Assembly: GCA_030141605.1 (NCBI GenBank)
Contig: JAQGDQ010000119.1
Coordinates: forward strand, 124,001-188,000
Length of the DNA stretch: 64,000 nucleotides
Source of the DNA: Tubiluchus corallicola
Lineage: Eukaryota > Animalia > Priapulida
Direction: 5' to 3'
Part shown: one piece after another, positions 25,014-37,094 of the stretch
Numbering within the stretch: the stretch's first letter is position 1
How the letters are laid out: each line of letters begins with the position of its first letter
Made by a program: the position numbers and the translations under genes
The notes under the pieces: model-generated
Told to the model about the DNA's origin: nothing
The model's database searches: none
Seen by the model: only the letters and a program-made list of their open reading frames with translations

Positions 25014-27431
25014 GTGATCTTTTACATTGTTTTAATTTGTTAGAATGCCGCACTATGGCTTTTTAGTGTAGCAGTCGTATATAAGTTCTAACACCACTAC
25101 CACTGGTAGTACCAGTTATTTTCCTCTCCAGTTCATACTTTATTTGAGTTTAGTTTACAACCAACTTTTTGACAATGAATATTATTTTTGTTCATTTTTC
25201 TGCCATCATTAAAGTATTATTATTTAAATCGTCTGCCCTGTTTCATTTTCGGCACTCCATCTTTGAACATATTGTATAGTATTATTAGTACTATTACTTA
25301 GTATTACAGCTACATTTAACTGTATGTAGGCTACATGTAACAGAAGCCGGGTAGATTGCAGTTTAGGTGGTTCTTTTTTAAGGCACTCTTACATCAACCA
25401 AATCAGAAATATCGCTGGATGCAGAGCTACAATAGAAAGGTGCATCTTTTATCCGCACCCTGGTGTAAAGAAAAGTTGAAACACATCTCTTATTTATAAA
25501 AAAAAATGATTTTAAAAAAATTACTGTTAGCGTCGCGAGACGGACTAAGATTGGCCGACTTGATGAAATATTTTCATTTGGGAGTTAGAAGAGAGCGATA
25601 TTTTTATCTACTACTGTGTGCCACAGCCTAGAAAATCTCTTCACAACGCTTCACAAAAAAGAAGCAAATTGTAAACGTACTGAAAAGTTAAAAAGAGCTT
25701 TGGGCAAATTTTCTCAACATGTGCCATTTTGCAGCGTTTGTGTGTACCAATAAATGGCGTACTCTATCGGCATTGTTTTGTAACTTTTGTTTCTCTTTTG
25801 AAAGCTGGGTTGCGGTTTATACAATAAAATAATTAATATTGGAACACGATAATTTGAGGCTTCATACTGTACAAAAAAAGATAACTCTACGAAGATTATT
25901 AATTAGTTTGTTAGTTAGCTAGCTAAGCTAGTCAGTTAGATCAATCAATTAGTTTTGATGAGTTTGCGGTATGGCAGGTTGGATTGGGCAGTTTGGCATT
26001 CTTGGCGGCTTGGCATTCGTGGCGCCTTGGCAGTCTTGGCGGTGTGGCGTTCATGGTGATGGAGCGGAAGAGGAAGGGGAGGTTTGGAGTGGGAAGGAGG
26101 TAGAGCGTTGGCAGTGGGACTGATATAGTAAGGTAGTAGGGTGTGAGGAGAGCCACCCAAACTGCAAGTGCACCCACTAGCCGAAGTAGGACAATTGACG
26201 TACATGGGCTGCTCAAGTAGTACACTAGAGCCAGGTCACGAATTGAGTCGTTAACTGTACTGGCAACGACCGTTGTCCTCGTTTATTTAATAATAATAAT
26301 TGAAAACGTCGATACACGTTGAATAATTTATTATACATCTGATAAAATAAAAGAATCTTATCTGAGCTAGTAGAACAGCTAATAACAAGTTTGGCTTCGA
26401 TATGCTTAAGGTATATCATTTTTTATTTTGACTCACTTCACAGACAGGTGATCCGTTTCACTACCTCTTGGACAAATAATTGTTTTCTACTAAGTAAATG
26501 GGCTAGCAAGCTACGTGCCCTACATAGTTTCTCTCTTTAAACCATTAGGTACTTAGTTTAATGTTGTGATGAAATTAATGGAACTATAATAATAATGATG
26601 TTATTATTGTAAGAAATACATTTTGTAAATTGTCAAGGACTATCCATCTTTGTTATAAAGTTACTTTTCCACAAATTTAGCGCATGCGCTTTAGCGGAAG
26701 TGTCCTACTTCGGCTAGTGGCGTACTCCGCGCCCTACATGTATTATGATCATACGACTGAAGACAAATAAACGAAATTCAATTGAATAGGTCTTTGTGCA
26801 AAGTAAATGTACAGTCAAACCTCTTTATACTTTGGGACTGCAAAAAAAGTTCGCATTATAGCGAGTTTGGCATTATGACGACGTGCCTTAATACATTCAT
26901 ATCTATGCACATTGTTGTGCTAAAAATTTGGATGCTAAACGAGGTTGACATTGTAAAGGGGAGTGTTATAATGATGTTTGACCATATAACTCACTCGTCA
27001 TTATTAATTAATGTTGAATTACAACTGCATGCTAGCTATTGTTATTGTATGTTATAATGTCTTTGATAATTATTGATATTTTCAATAGTCAATTTCAATA
27101 GATTTATTTCGCAATAAATATACACATATGCATTATAAGTGCATCGATAATCAGTTTTTGTTAATACAACAAAATTAGGATATAATTCATGAATTCTGCG
27201 GTAGAGACTTAAGAAGCTAGCTTTTGCTAGGCCACTAGAATTAGTTACAAGAAAAATTACAATATATTATTAATGGTTACTGACTAAACAAAATAAAAAA
27301 GTAATTTTCACGAATTAACGACTGTAGTGGCATAATTAACTACATTTTTCTTTCACACCACTCTTTACTATGGGCAGGAGGCAAGAACCATGAATAACAA
27401 AACCAAGGTCTTTATTTTAAACATTACTATT

Positions 27432-28087
27432 TGTGTGCTTGCATGCCAAAACCGTCCATAAATCGGCATAGTTAAAACTACGTTATGGTGCTTCAAAGTA
27501 GAATGACCCATAAATTTGGTCAAATGTCAATTTTTCGATTTTTGTAAAAACCAACGCTAAATATATTGGATTTTTATATTCTGAAATCAAATTATCAAGA
27601 AAATGTTAAAAAATACTAAAAATTTAATTTTGTATTACACACTTTTCTGTCTAGAAACTCGTACTGCAATTGTAAAAAACTCGTATTTTCAAACTCCGGT
27701 AGTAGCCCGTAGATGCTGTCATTTTGCATCAGGTTTTTCTGTTGCCAAGCCCAGATCTTCACCAGGAAGAGCCTCTGCTGGATTTAAACATAACTTCAAT
27801 GTGCTCTTGCAAAGTCCATAGCAACCACACTTTCATACAGTTGCTAAGTGTTTTGTAGAAACACGACAAAAAACAATGGCTAACTTTAACAGTGATTTTC
27901 TCAAGGTTATGTTTTTCAGTGTGCAGCTTGCACCTTAACTTCAACATGAATTATCTCAGCTTAGAAATAACATAGAGTGATGAACTTGGTATCAAAATGT
28001 TCCTCGTGAAATGAAGATTCAGGATATGAGAATAAATAGAAAAAGTTAATTGACGACTTATGGACGATTTTGCTAGGCAAGCACACA
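27432..28087 (+). mobile_element. TIR MITE (superfamily unassigned); second copy 56405-57070, partial inverted copy ~6017-6480
   Basis: TIR TGTGTGCTTGC..AAAACCGTCCATA / TGGACGATTTTG..GCAAGCACACA; colinear homology between copies. Confidence 0.8.
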
Positions 28088-28589
28088 TTGATTTATTGTA
28101 AATTTATTTGTAGAGTAAAATCAACCTCTTTGTGGCATAAACAGAGCAGAATCAAACATTTTCTTTGCTAGTTTTCGGCAAGGATATCGTGCACAAGACT
28201 TGAATTTTTTATAGCTGGAAAAACTGCACTAAAAATTTATGTAAAAGTACTAAATGCTAAATATTTAACTACATTTATAAAAAAACTTTTTGTAATACAA
28301 TATTAGGATTTCGTTAGGAAGGAAGCTACGAAATTTAATAAAATTGTGTTAAATTTTAAGTTATGGTTCGCTGTTTAAGCAGTGAAAACCCACTACGGCT
28401 AAGATCTTTCCGATCTTCTCTTTTGCTCCTCCCTTTGCTGTGCTATTTTCTTCTATAGTGTTTCTTTCACTTCACTGTGAAGCTGTCCCATGGAATGATT
28501 CATATAATTTGTGAATCTAGTAGTCAAAGTCACTGCCCGGGTTAAATCTGTAAATGGGACAATCAAGTTCACATTGTAATGATCTTTTT

Positions 28590-31500
28590 TTATGATCTTG
28601 TCACTTCGTAAGTAAACACCAGTTTCATTCCTGGTTTGTCTGGAAAATAATCCAAAAGTCTTTGCTGGTCAACAAATTTCCACAGTCCTTGCTCTTCTAG
28701 TTTTTGCATCACAGCTGGTAGATTTTTATATTCGTCTACTGTCTTTGGAAGATCTTCTCTGTAACATAGTACAATCACGCCACCTGCAAGCAATCATGGG
28801 ATTGGCATAAGATCTTAACAAAAAGAACTTACGCATAAAAAGAAGACAGACATCTTTTAAATTGTAACATAATGTATCTTGACATATAATTTACATCTAT
28901 GGGGACAGCAGAAACATTTATTTCTTAAAGGAAAACCGGACAATTGTTTAGACTCATTCTAATTTTCTGCCCAAAGTATGCATTTTCTTGCCTGTAAAAG
29001 TTAGCAATTGTTTCTTATATTTGAATAATTAGCTTGCAAAAGCGTTTCTGATAATTAAATAATTGAGATTAAAAACTTAATTAACAGCAGGCGAGCCCAG
29101 GTATTGATGACATCACAAACTAATGTAATTTTCAACAGCAAAAATATTCCATGAGCGTGTTGCACGTGTCTTTGAAAGTGAAAATTGAAGTACAGTGCTA
29201 CTGTAAGATATTCAGTGTGTTATACTAAAACTAGGAAAGTTTTATGATAAAAATTCAAATTTACCACTGTGCTCACACATGGCTGTCGAGCATGTGTAGT
29301 TCGCCATAAACTAACACATCTCAACTAAGAGGTACAGCACCTGTCTTCTGTGCAATGTGCTTTCGAAATGCAGGCGCTAGTGCCCGTCTAACTAGTGAAT
29401 GGCGAAATGCATGTAACTGTGAAGAGCTAGTGACGCGAACGCGAAATTGTGTTTGTATGGTAATAATTCTTTCACGTAAGTCATTTTTGAAAAAATAGTA
29501 TGTTTCCTTTCAATATTTTAAATGGTAGATTGTTTTAACCTGCAGTTTAACATTGGGTCCGGTTTTGCTTTAACGTTATTTATCTGATCATGAGTGCAGT
29601 CAGCAAACCCATCGCCATTGGATAGAATTTCCAGTAGCAGAAATCTTTCATGTGAACCTCACAAATCCTTCAATAAAATGAAGATTACAATAGGCTGTTG
29701 GTGTGTTACATAACAATGAAACAGAAAATGCCCTTCCAACACCGCCAACACTAAGTAAATGTTACCTGAACGAACCATCCGTATAATTTCTTGAATACAG
29801 CTTGGCTGTAAAAGTCCTTTAGCAAAACCACCGGCACAGACAGCTGCATCGTATTCATCTAGATAGTAACAAAGTCCAGTAAGTATCTTTTCATATCTTG
29901 TCAGTTTCATGTGTTTATGCCAAGATAGTAATGCTCATTTTATGTTTAAATTTTAATTTGCTTTATGCAGTTTAAATTTATCTCTCGATGACCTCATATA
30001 TTCACATCTGCTTTCATTTAGGCACTGAGTGGCTGTAATATATGTGTGTGGTTGTTAGTAGGGGTGAGCATTGAACAAGTTTTTTTTAATTCGAATTTGA
30101 TTCGAACCTAAAATTACAGATTCGAATAATTCAGCACTTCAGTCACGTACTTTCTTTTGTCATTAAAATGAACATCATGGAATTAGCACAATGCGGAAGT
30201 AACAATTTCAGTGCGTAATTTTTAAACTAAGTGTTAGTGGTTTTATTGCAGATCAAAATCGAGTAATAGGGCCTATGCCTTTGTAAAACAGCTTTTTACT
30301 GAGCGTTTGAAAACTTGTTAGAAAATCTTTCAAACTCAATTCGTATTCGAATTACTGAAATTCGGTTTGATTCGAATTTGAGTCACAAATGCGATTCGAT
30401 TTCTGCTAAAGACTGCTCACCGCTTGTTGTTAGAAATTTTGAAAAATCACAAGTTGCTAGATTCCCCCATAAGTTTCTTTCTAGTATTAGACTCAAACAA
30501 ATAGACAATTATTGATTTTGTGTTGCGGTCTAAAATTAGGTACAGCATTCTTTGATAGTGAAACTATTTATACATAGATGAACGTCTGAGTTGTGTTCAA
30601 GGTATGAAGTATCATCTTATCTTCGTACTTGCAGAAAGACTTGTCGGCTTGTCTGTCAGCATTTCACAGTAGTAATTCCTGTAGAGGTTCTTCTCTTTGG
30701 CAACATCCAGCATTTCTTTTGTGCCGTCAAGAGCGTCAATATTGGTAAAGCCAAACTCTTTTAGCTAAAATATGCAATCGTTTTTTTTTAATTAAAACCA
30801 GCTTTCTAACATGGCAAAAAATTGAATTGTAAACTATTTGATTCAGTGGGTTTAGATAAGACACTCTCACGCTCATTAGGGGTGAGCATTCTCTACCAGA
30901 AAGCGAATTCGAATAGAATCGAATCTGTGACTTCCAAATTTCAATCACATGGAATTTCAGTATTTTGCATCCGAATCGAAGTCGAATTGAGTTTGAAACA
31001 TTTTCGAACCACTAGTAAAAAGTGGTCTTACAAAAATCATGCATATTACTTGATTTTGTTATGCAGTAAAACCACTATTAGTTTGTTAAAAATTTTGGAC
31101 AGAAATCACAGCTAAATTGTGCTAACTGCATGCTATTTCAAACATTTTAATGGTAAAGAACCTAAGTGGCTGAAGTGCTGAATTATTCGAATCTATAATT
31201 TTAGGTTCGAATCGAATTTGAACTAACAAAAACTCGTTCGAACTCGAACAGTCGATGCTCACCCCTAGAGCTCATAAGAGATTTTGCTTTAATAGACAGG
31301 TATAGACATAGACAGGTGTTGCTTTATTTCTCATTAAGAACAGATGCATTATAAAGTAAGAAATAAAATCAAATTAAAAAGATTGATCGATTTTGAGAAT
31401 GTAAAGTTGCATGTAAACTGAGAGGATATTTCAATAACGAATGAAAAGTTGAAACTGCTTTATTGTTTACAATCACGACTGCTGCTAGTGTTGCTCTAAA

Positions 31501-34129
31501 TGCTGTGTTCCCCCCGCCCATTTGTAACCTTGTTGAAGCAGCCCAAGGTGAACATCAACATACCAGAGTAGTTTTTCAATTGTGCTCATGTTATCAACAC
31601 TTCCGTATGGGTATCCCTTTTTACAGCTCTGTTTTTGCCCTCTGAAATGCATTAAAGGAAAACCGGACGCTTGTGTAAACATTAATTCAGAATAAAGAAT
31701 GCTCTAAAATATTTAAAACTACAATAGCTTTTTTTAAATCGAAGCTTAGAATAAATAATAATTACCTCGGATACCCAGATTTTGTTAAGCTTTGAAAGCT
31801 ACGTGCAGCTTAGTGAATCTACTAAGAATGGCAACGGCACCTTTTTGTCAAATTTGTGTGACCGACAAATAGAAGACGGCACTGTCATCGCCATGATTAT
31901 GAACTGCAGTGTTAGTTTCTGACATCATGTGATGTACAGCCCATTTTCGTGACATCTTGCGTTTAAGCAGTAACACTTACGCAAACGTGCTTGACGCACA
32001 AGGAAAGATGCCTGCCATTGCACAAACTATGCTTAGTTTCTGACGTAAGCGATAGCTGTGTTCGGTTGTCGTTAATTAACTTTCTAAGCTAATTATTCAA
32101 ATACAAGAAACAATTGCTAACTTTTATAGGCAGGAAAATGTATATTTTGAACAGTGAATTAAAATGAGATTGAGTCTAATCTGGTTTTCCTTTAAAAATA
32201 ATACCTACCAAGATCAAATCAAAAACAAATTAGAAAATCTTGCATTTAGAGCGATAGTGTCAGATTGTACTTACGTGATATGCTACAAGACCAGTACCAG
32301 CAGCAACGTCTAATATTCGTGCATTATTATTGTTCTCAAGAACTTTAGACAGGTAAAGTGCTGCATAATAAGGACTCTTTCTTTTCAGCTGCATACAGTC
32401 CTGTAAAAAGTTAATATTTACAATCTACACTCGTATCTCGGTTTGCCGGACTAAAGTGGGGAGGCGTTGGTCAGAATTTGTCCATTGTCCGTATTTACCG
32501 ATACTAAGTTAATACAGCAGGCGCCTTCTATTAGACTCACGGTAATGTAGAATCAATCGTCTAATTATCTCAAAAACATCTAGTACGGACTGCTCATATG
32601 CAGAAGCATATAAAAACTGTTGGCAATTGACTCAAACAACTCCGCATAATTGACTCTATATTTTTACATATAAAGATGTACACATGCTTACACTGATGCA
32701 CATGATGTAAGTAAAGTGACGGCCTGCCAACTAGTGGTCAGCTCGCGAAACAATGGACTGTGTCTGTATTATGCGGGACTTTTAACGGGACCAGATTTTG
32801 TCTGATTCTTCCAATATCCATAAAAGGGTGATTTGGCAAATCGAAATATGAGTGCACTTAGCAAAGCCATTAAGTTTGTGTTGATAGGAAAGTATTACTG
32901 TAAAATAAATTGATTTGAATGTTCTAGGAAAATAACCTAATCCATGTACCAACATAATTGTGCTTTCTCTAGGCCTTTTCACTAGGATGAGCATTCTATA
33001 CTTTGGAATTCGAATTGAGTTTGAAAGATTTTCGAACTGCTCGTAAAACAGGTCACAGAAAGATCATGAATATTAGTCTGTTTTGTTCTGCGCTAATAAT
33101 TTGTTTAAAAACGTTTGTTTAGTTGCACAGAAATCACAGCTAAATTATGCTAATTGCAAGATGTTTCAAACAGTTTTAATGATAAAGAATGTATGTGGTT
33201 GAAGAGCTGAATTACTCGAATCTATAATTTCAAGTTCAAATCGAATTTGAATGTTCAGTGCTACCCCAGCCTAACCTCACCTCACCCTAATAATTTTAAT
33301 AATTTCAAACCATTTCTCATAATTTCATCTGCCGGGTATCTTCTGCACAACTGCATGACATTGTGGACACCCTTGACACATGACGAAGGGTATAAACACG
33401 TATGAACGAGTTTTCTTAATTCGAATTCGATTCGAAACCTAAAATTATAGATTCAAATAATGACATTCTTTTGTCATTAAAACATTTTAAACATCACGCT
33501 ATTAGTACAATTTAATAGAAACTTCTGTGCACAATTTTTAAACTAATTATTTGCGGCTTTATCACAGAACAACATCGAATAATTGGGCCTATGTGTGACC
33601 TTTGTAAGACTGCTTTGTACTAAGGGTTTCAAAACTTCAAACTTAATATGAATTCGATTCATATTCGAAATGCTGAAATTCGGTTTGATTCGAATTCGAA
33701 AGTCACAAGTTCGATTTCTGGTAGAGAATGCTCTCCCCCAATAAAAGCAGAATACACTAAATGTTTATTGATGTAGAAGATCACAAAAAGTAGGCGAAAA
33801 GATGTCTACATATGATGTTTTCTGACAGCCAACAAACGAGAATAAAATGTAACGAAACCAGGGCAAAACCCTTTACTACTGGGCCAAGCCCGTTTTTAGA
33901 GTAAAAACTGTCTACTGCAGCAGTAGTGGTTTTACAGATTATTCACCTAATTAACAAATTACTTGTAATTTTCTATCATTTTCCGGTCGCTTTCAACGAT
34001 ACTACTCACTCTGTCGTAATTTGGAGCCCATTCCTTGTACATTTGCATGACGTCATCTATGCCCTCGTATGTTGCTCTCTGCACAAACTCATGAAGTTGC
34101 TTACATTCTGCAGTGTCGCTCTCTGCCAT
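28590..34129 (-). CDS. METTL27: METTL27/WBSCR27-like class I SAM-dependent methyltransferase, paralogue B (222 aa), nested in the HDDC2 intron
   Basis: Exons 34129-34010, 32400-32275, 30764-30629, 29858-29766, 28783-28590. Internal exon sizes (126/136/93 nt) are identical to paralogue A. Motifs YKEWAPNYD, ILDVAAGTGLV, GFTNIDALDG, YDAAVCAGGF, RSGGVIVL. Exons 2 and 3 are absent from the ORF track and were read from the sequence. Confidence 0.88.
28929..29569 (-). mobile_element. Kolobok-like MITE, family 1 (mosaic end) in intron 4 of methyltransferase B
   Basis: TTAA|AGGAAAACCGG ... CCGGTTTTGCT|TTAA. Confidence 0.8.
30059..30425. mobile_element. hAT-like TTCGAA-rich MITE (TAGGGGTGAGCA family)
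   Basis: Same family as 54117; perfect TSD GTTGTTAG. Confidence 0.85.
30877..31267. mobile_element. hAT-like TTCGAA-rich MITE, inverted; more decayed copies at ~32983-33290 and ~33388-33740
   Basis: TIR TAGGGGTGAGCAT / ATGCTCACCCCTA; TSD ACGCTCAT / GAGCTCAT. Confidence 0.8.
31656..32191. mobile_element. Kolobok-like MITE; partial copies at ~36288-36455 and ~39643-40040
   Basis: TTAA|AGGAAAACCGG ... CTGGTTTTCCT|TTAA. Confidence 0.8.
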
Positions 34130-34779
34130 TGCGCTGTGTAGTACATATAATAACAAACGAAAAAATGCAATAATAATAATAACAAATGAAACCATACAAC
34201 TGAATCCATCTCTGGCTTGACAATTTGTATTTTGGGTGTAAACCAGTGGCGGCTCGTGTATAGGTACTGTCGAACTGCAGCACCCCCATTTTCACTCAAT
34301 ATTATCAATAATATTCGATACAACAAGTCCTTTTTGTCTAATTCTATCTTTATACTTGTACGGAACCAGAACACATGCGGCTAGTACTGTTTGCATCACA
34401 GCCCAGTACAGGGCGCTCCAGCATAATAAATCTTTTTTCTTTAATCATTTTTTATACTTGTACGGAACCAGAGCACATGAGGGTAGTGCTGTTTGCTTCA
34501 CAGCCCAACACAGTGCACTCAAAGCTCAAGCAACATGGTGTTTGGCTATTGTGCGCATGCGGCCCTGCGCACATGTCTGAGCCCAGGTAGAAAAAGTACT
34601 GACGCTCACACAGTTTGTTGTCAGTTGTTAGTTGCTTACTGCAAATGAATCAAGTTTGAACTGCAATAATTTAGGCTATTAGTAAGCAAAAAATACTTTA
34701 TGCTTAGGATTTTATTAAGTTTATGTATAAACTTTCATATGTTTGTTTGTTTAAAATTACGCCACTGGTGTAAACTTAA

Positions 34780-35773
34780 AGGAAAGGTCACGTCACTTAA
34801 TATGTTGGATTTATTTTACTGTTATCTCTTAAACTTAGAGGAATGGAACAGAGAAATTTGCAAAAAAACTGTCTATAAAGCACAAACTTCATTTATACTG
34901 TCTCTGTATAGAAATTCTCAGGCGCTCCGGTAGCTGCCATTAACTTGAAAATTATGACATAAGTGGTGGCTTCGTGGCTTTTTGTAAGTGCATCATGACT
35001 TTCCGTAAGGGAAAAAAGTGAAATTTCATCTTATAGACCGATAACTATAAGCCCGCTTAGATGATCTGTGTCCCATCAGCGGTTCAGTAATTCCTATATC
35101 GCTCCTCCCTGCCTAATTTAGCATTCAAAAACTAATGCTGGCCCATTAAACACATCAGCAGCTTTTTGCACTGCATGTTTATTGGCTCAGCATATCAGTA
35201 TTTCTAGATTGACCTTGTATAGATTGTACTCTGGACTCGGTGAGCACCAGGTTCTGTTATTCAGTTTGTATGTGATGGACTCTACTCTTTACACTGGCTC
35301 CACGAAGTTAATTGCTTTGGCTTTGTCCCAAGTTACCAATGAACTTTGTCAATCTACAACTTAAAAAGAAAGGACAAATTACTTAGCATGTTGGCTTTAT
35401 TTTACTGTTATTACTTAAACTTAGAAAAATATAACAAAGAAATTTTCGGGTGCACTGGTTATGACGTAATTGGTGAACTTTGTGACTTTCCATAAGCGCG
35501 TGCTGTTTAAACTAATTTAATGTTTAATGTAATGTTCATGCAAAAATATCACTAAATTTCCAAGTTTTTGGAAAAAGTTCTTATACTTTGCAATGATTTT
35601 GATGAACAATGTCATTAGTGGAAATATAGGAGCACTCAAGCGTGAATCGACCGCAACTCAGTGATTCTACTAATTACATGAGGTGCTTATCAGACCTTTA
35701 TTATCAAATCCTTCTGACACTTTTTTGCAAACACTGAAGTGGCCCCGACTGCCCAGAAGACCGGGCTTTTCCT
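34780..35773. mobile_element. Kolobok-like element between the two methyltransferase genes
   Basis: TTAA|AGGAAAGG ... CTTTTCCT|TTAA. Confidence 0.6.
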
Positions 35774-37094
35774 TTAAAGCATTTCTCATGTAGTAAAGAT
35801 TGACAAAATTTTATTTTATGTATATTAATGTACATAAATAAATTATACTTTATGCATACTTCCCAGTGGTGCACTGGTTGATTGTATCAAACTATAACAC
35901 TGTGAAGTCGTGATACATACATTAATTACACCACTTGCTTGATACATACACAATTACAAATATATATATATATATATATATATACTCTTTCTTAACATGT
36001 AGTTATGTAATGCAAGCTGTTACCATATTTTTCAATGCATTTTCTAGCCGCAGGGTTGAGTAAATAATCCCAGGTACATGAATGTTTCACAATAAATTAA
36101 TGAGACTGTTTTGCATCTAACTTAAGATCTTTCTTTGGCATCAGTCTTTGACCTTTGAACACTAGCAATGTGGGTATTCTTCGTAGCATGCAGCGAAACC
36201 ACAGATTATGCAAGAATAAGCAGGCTGTCTAGTAGATCTTTAACGTATCTATATTTGAAACTTACTTGCACTCGATATTGTATTTAAAGGAAGACCGGAT
36301 GATTGTGTAAACATTAGTTCAGAATAAAGAATGATCTAAAATATTGAAAACGACAATATCTTTTTTTGAATCAAAGATTATGTTAAATAATAATTACCTC
36401 GGACACTCAAATTTTGTTAAACTTTCAAAGCCATGAGCGGCTCAGTGAATCTACTGCAGTAAAGTGGACATCTGTGGAGACATGAGAGTCTGTCTGTCGA
36501 AAACTGAACCATGACTCAAAGTTGGTTTCTGCTAAGCAACAACAGTCATCTCATTGAACTCTCAGTCAGTGCGTTTGATTGGAGCAGTACGTATAATATA
36601 TATAACAAAAATATTCATGACATTACGTCAATGTTGATTCTTCATTTTGCTTATGGCGAGCGAAGGGGTACCAGGAGATAGTGTAAAAAATTAGGGATAC
36701 ATGGAGTCCAAAAGGTTGGGAACCGGGGTCCTATAACAAGGGATCTAGCATGTTTGGCATACATGCAAGTACTAAGTAGCTAGTCTGTCAAGCTAACTTG
36801 CTATTCCTGCTCATACTTACTTAAAACACTTTTTATATTTTGAAACGGCTGTCAAGTTTCAATACATAGTCAAACGGTACTTTATCGGTTATAAAATCTA
36901 AAAGACTTTTATTGAAACTATCAATCATTCTATAAAAATTAAATTTTAATCATGATTTTCAACAGTATCACCTCTACAATTAAAATAACTTCTGATATGA
37001 AAATTGGTTAAACAAAAATTGTTTATTATTTATATATCATCAGACTTGTGTGGTGCATGAATTTGACTTATCGAGTGCAAATCCAAGCCGTTGC

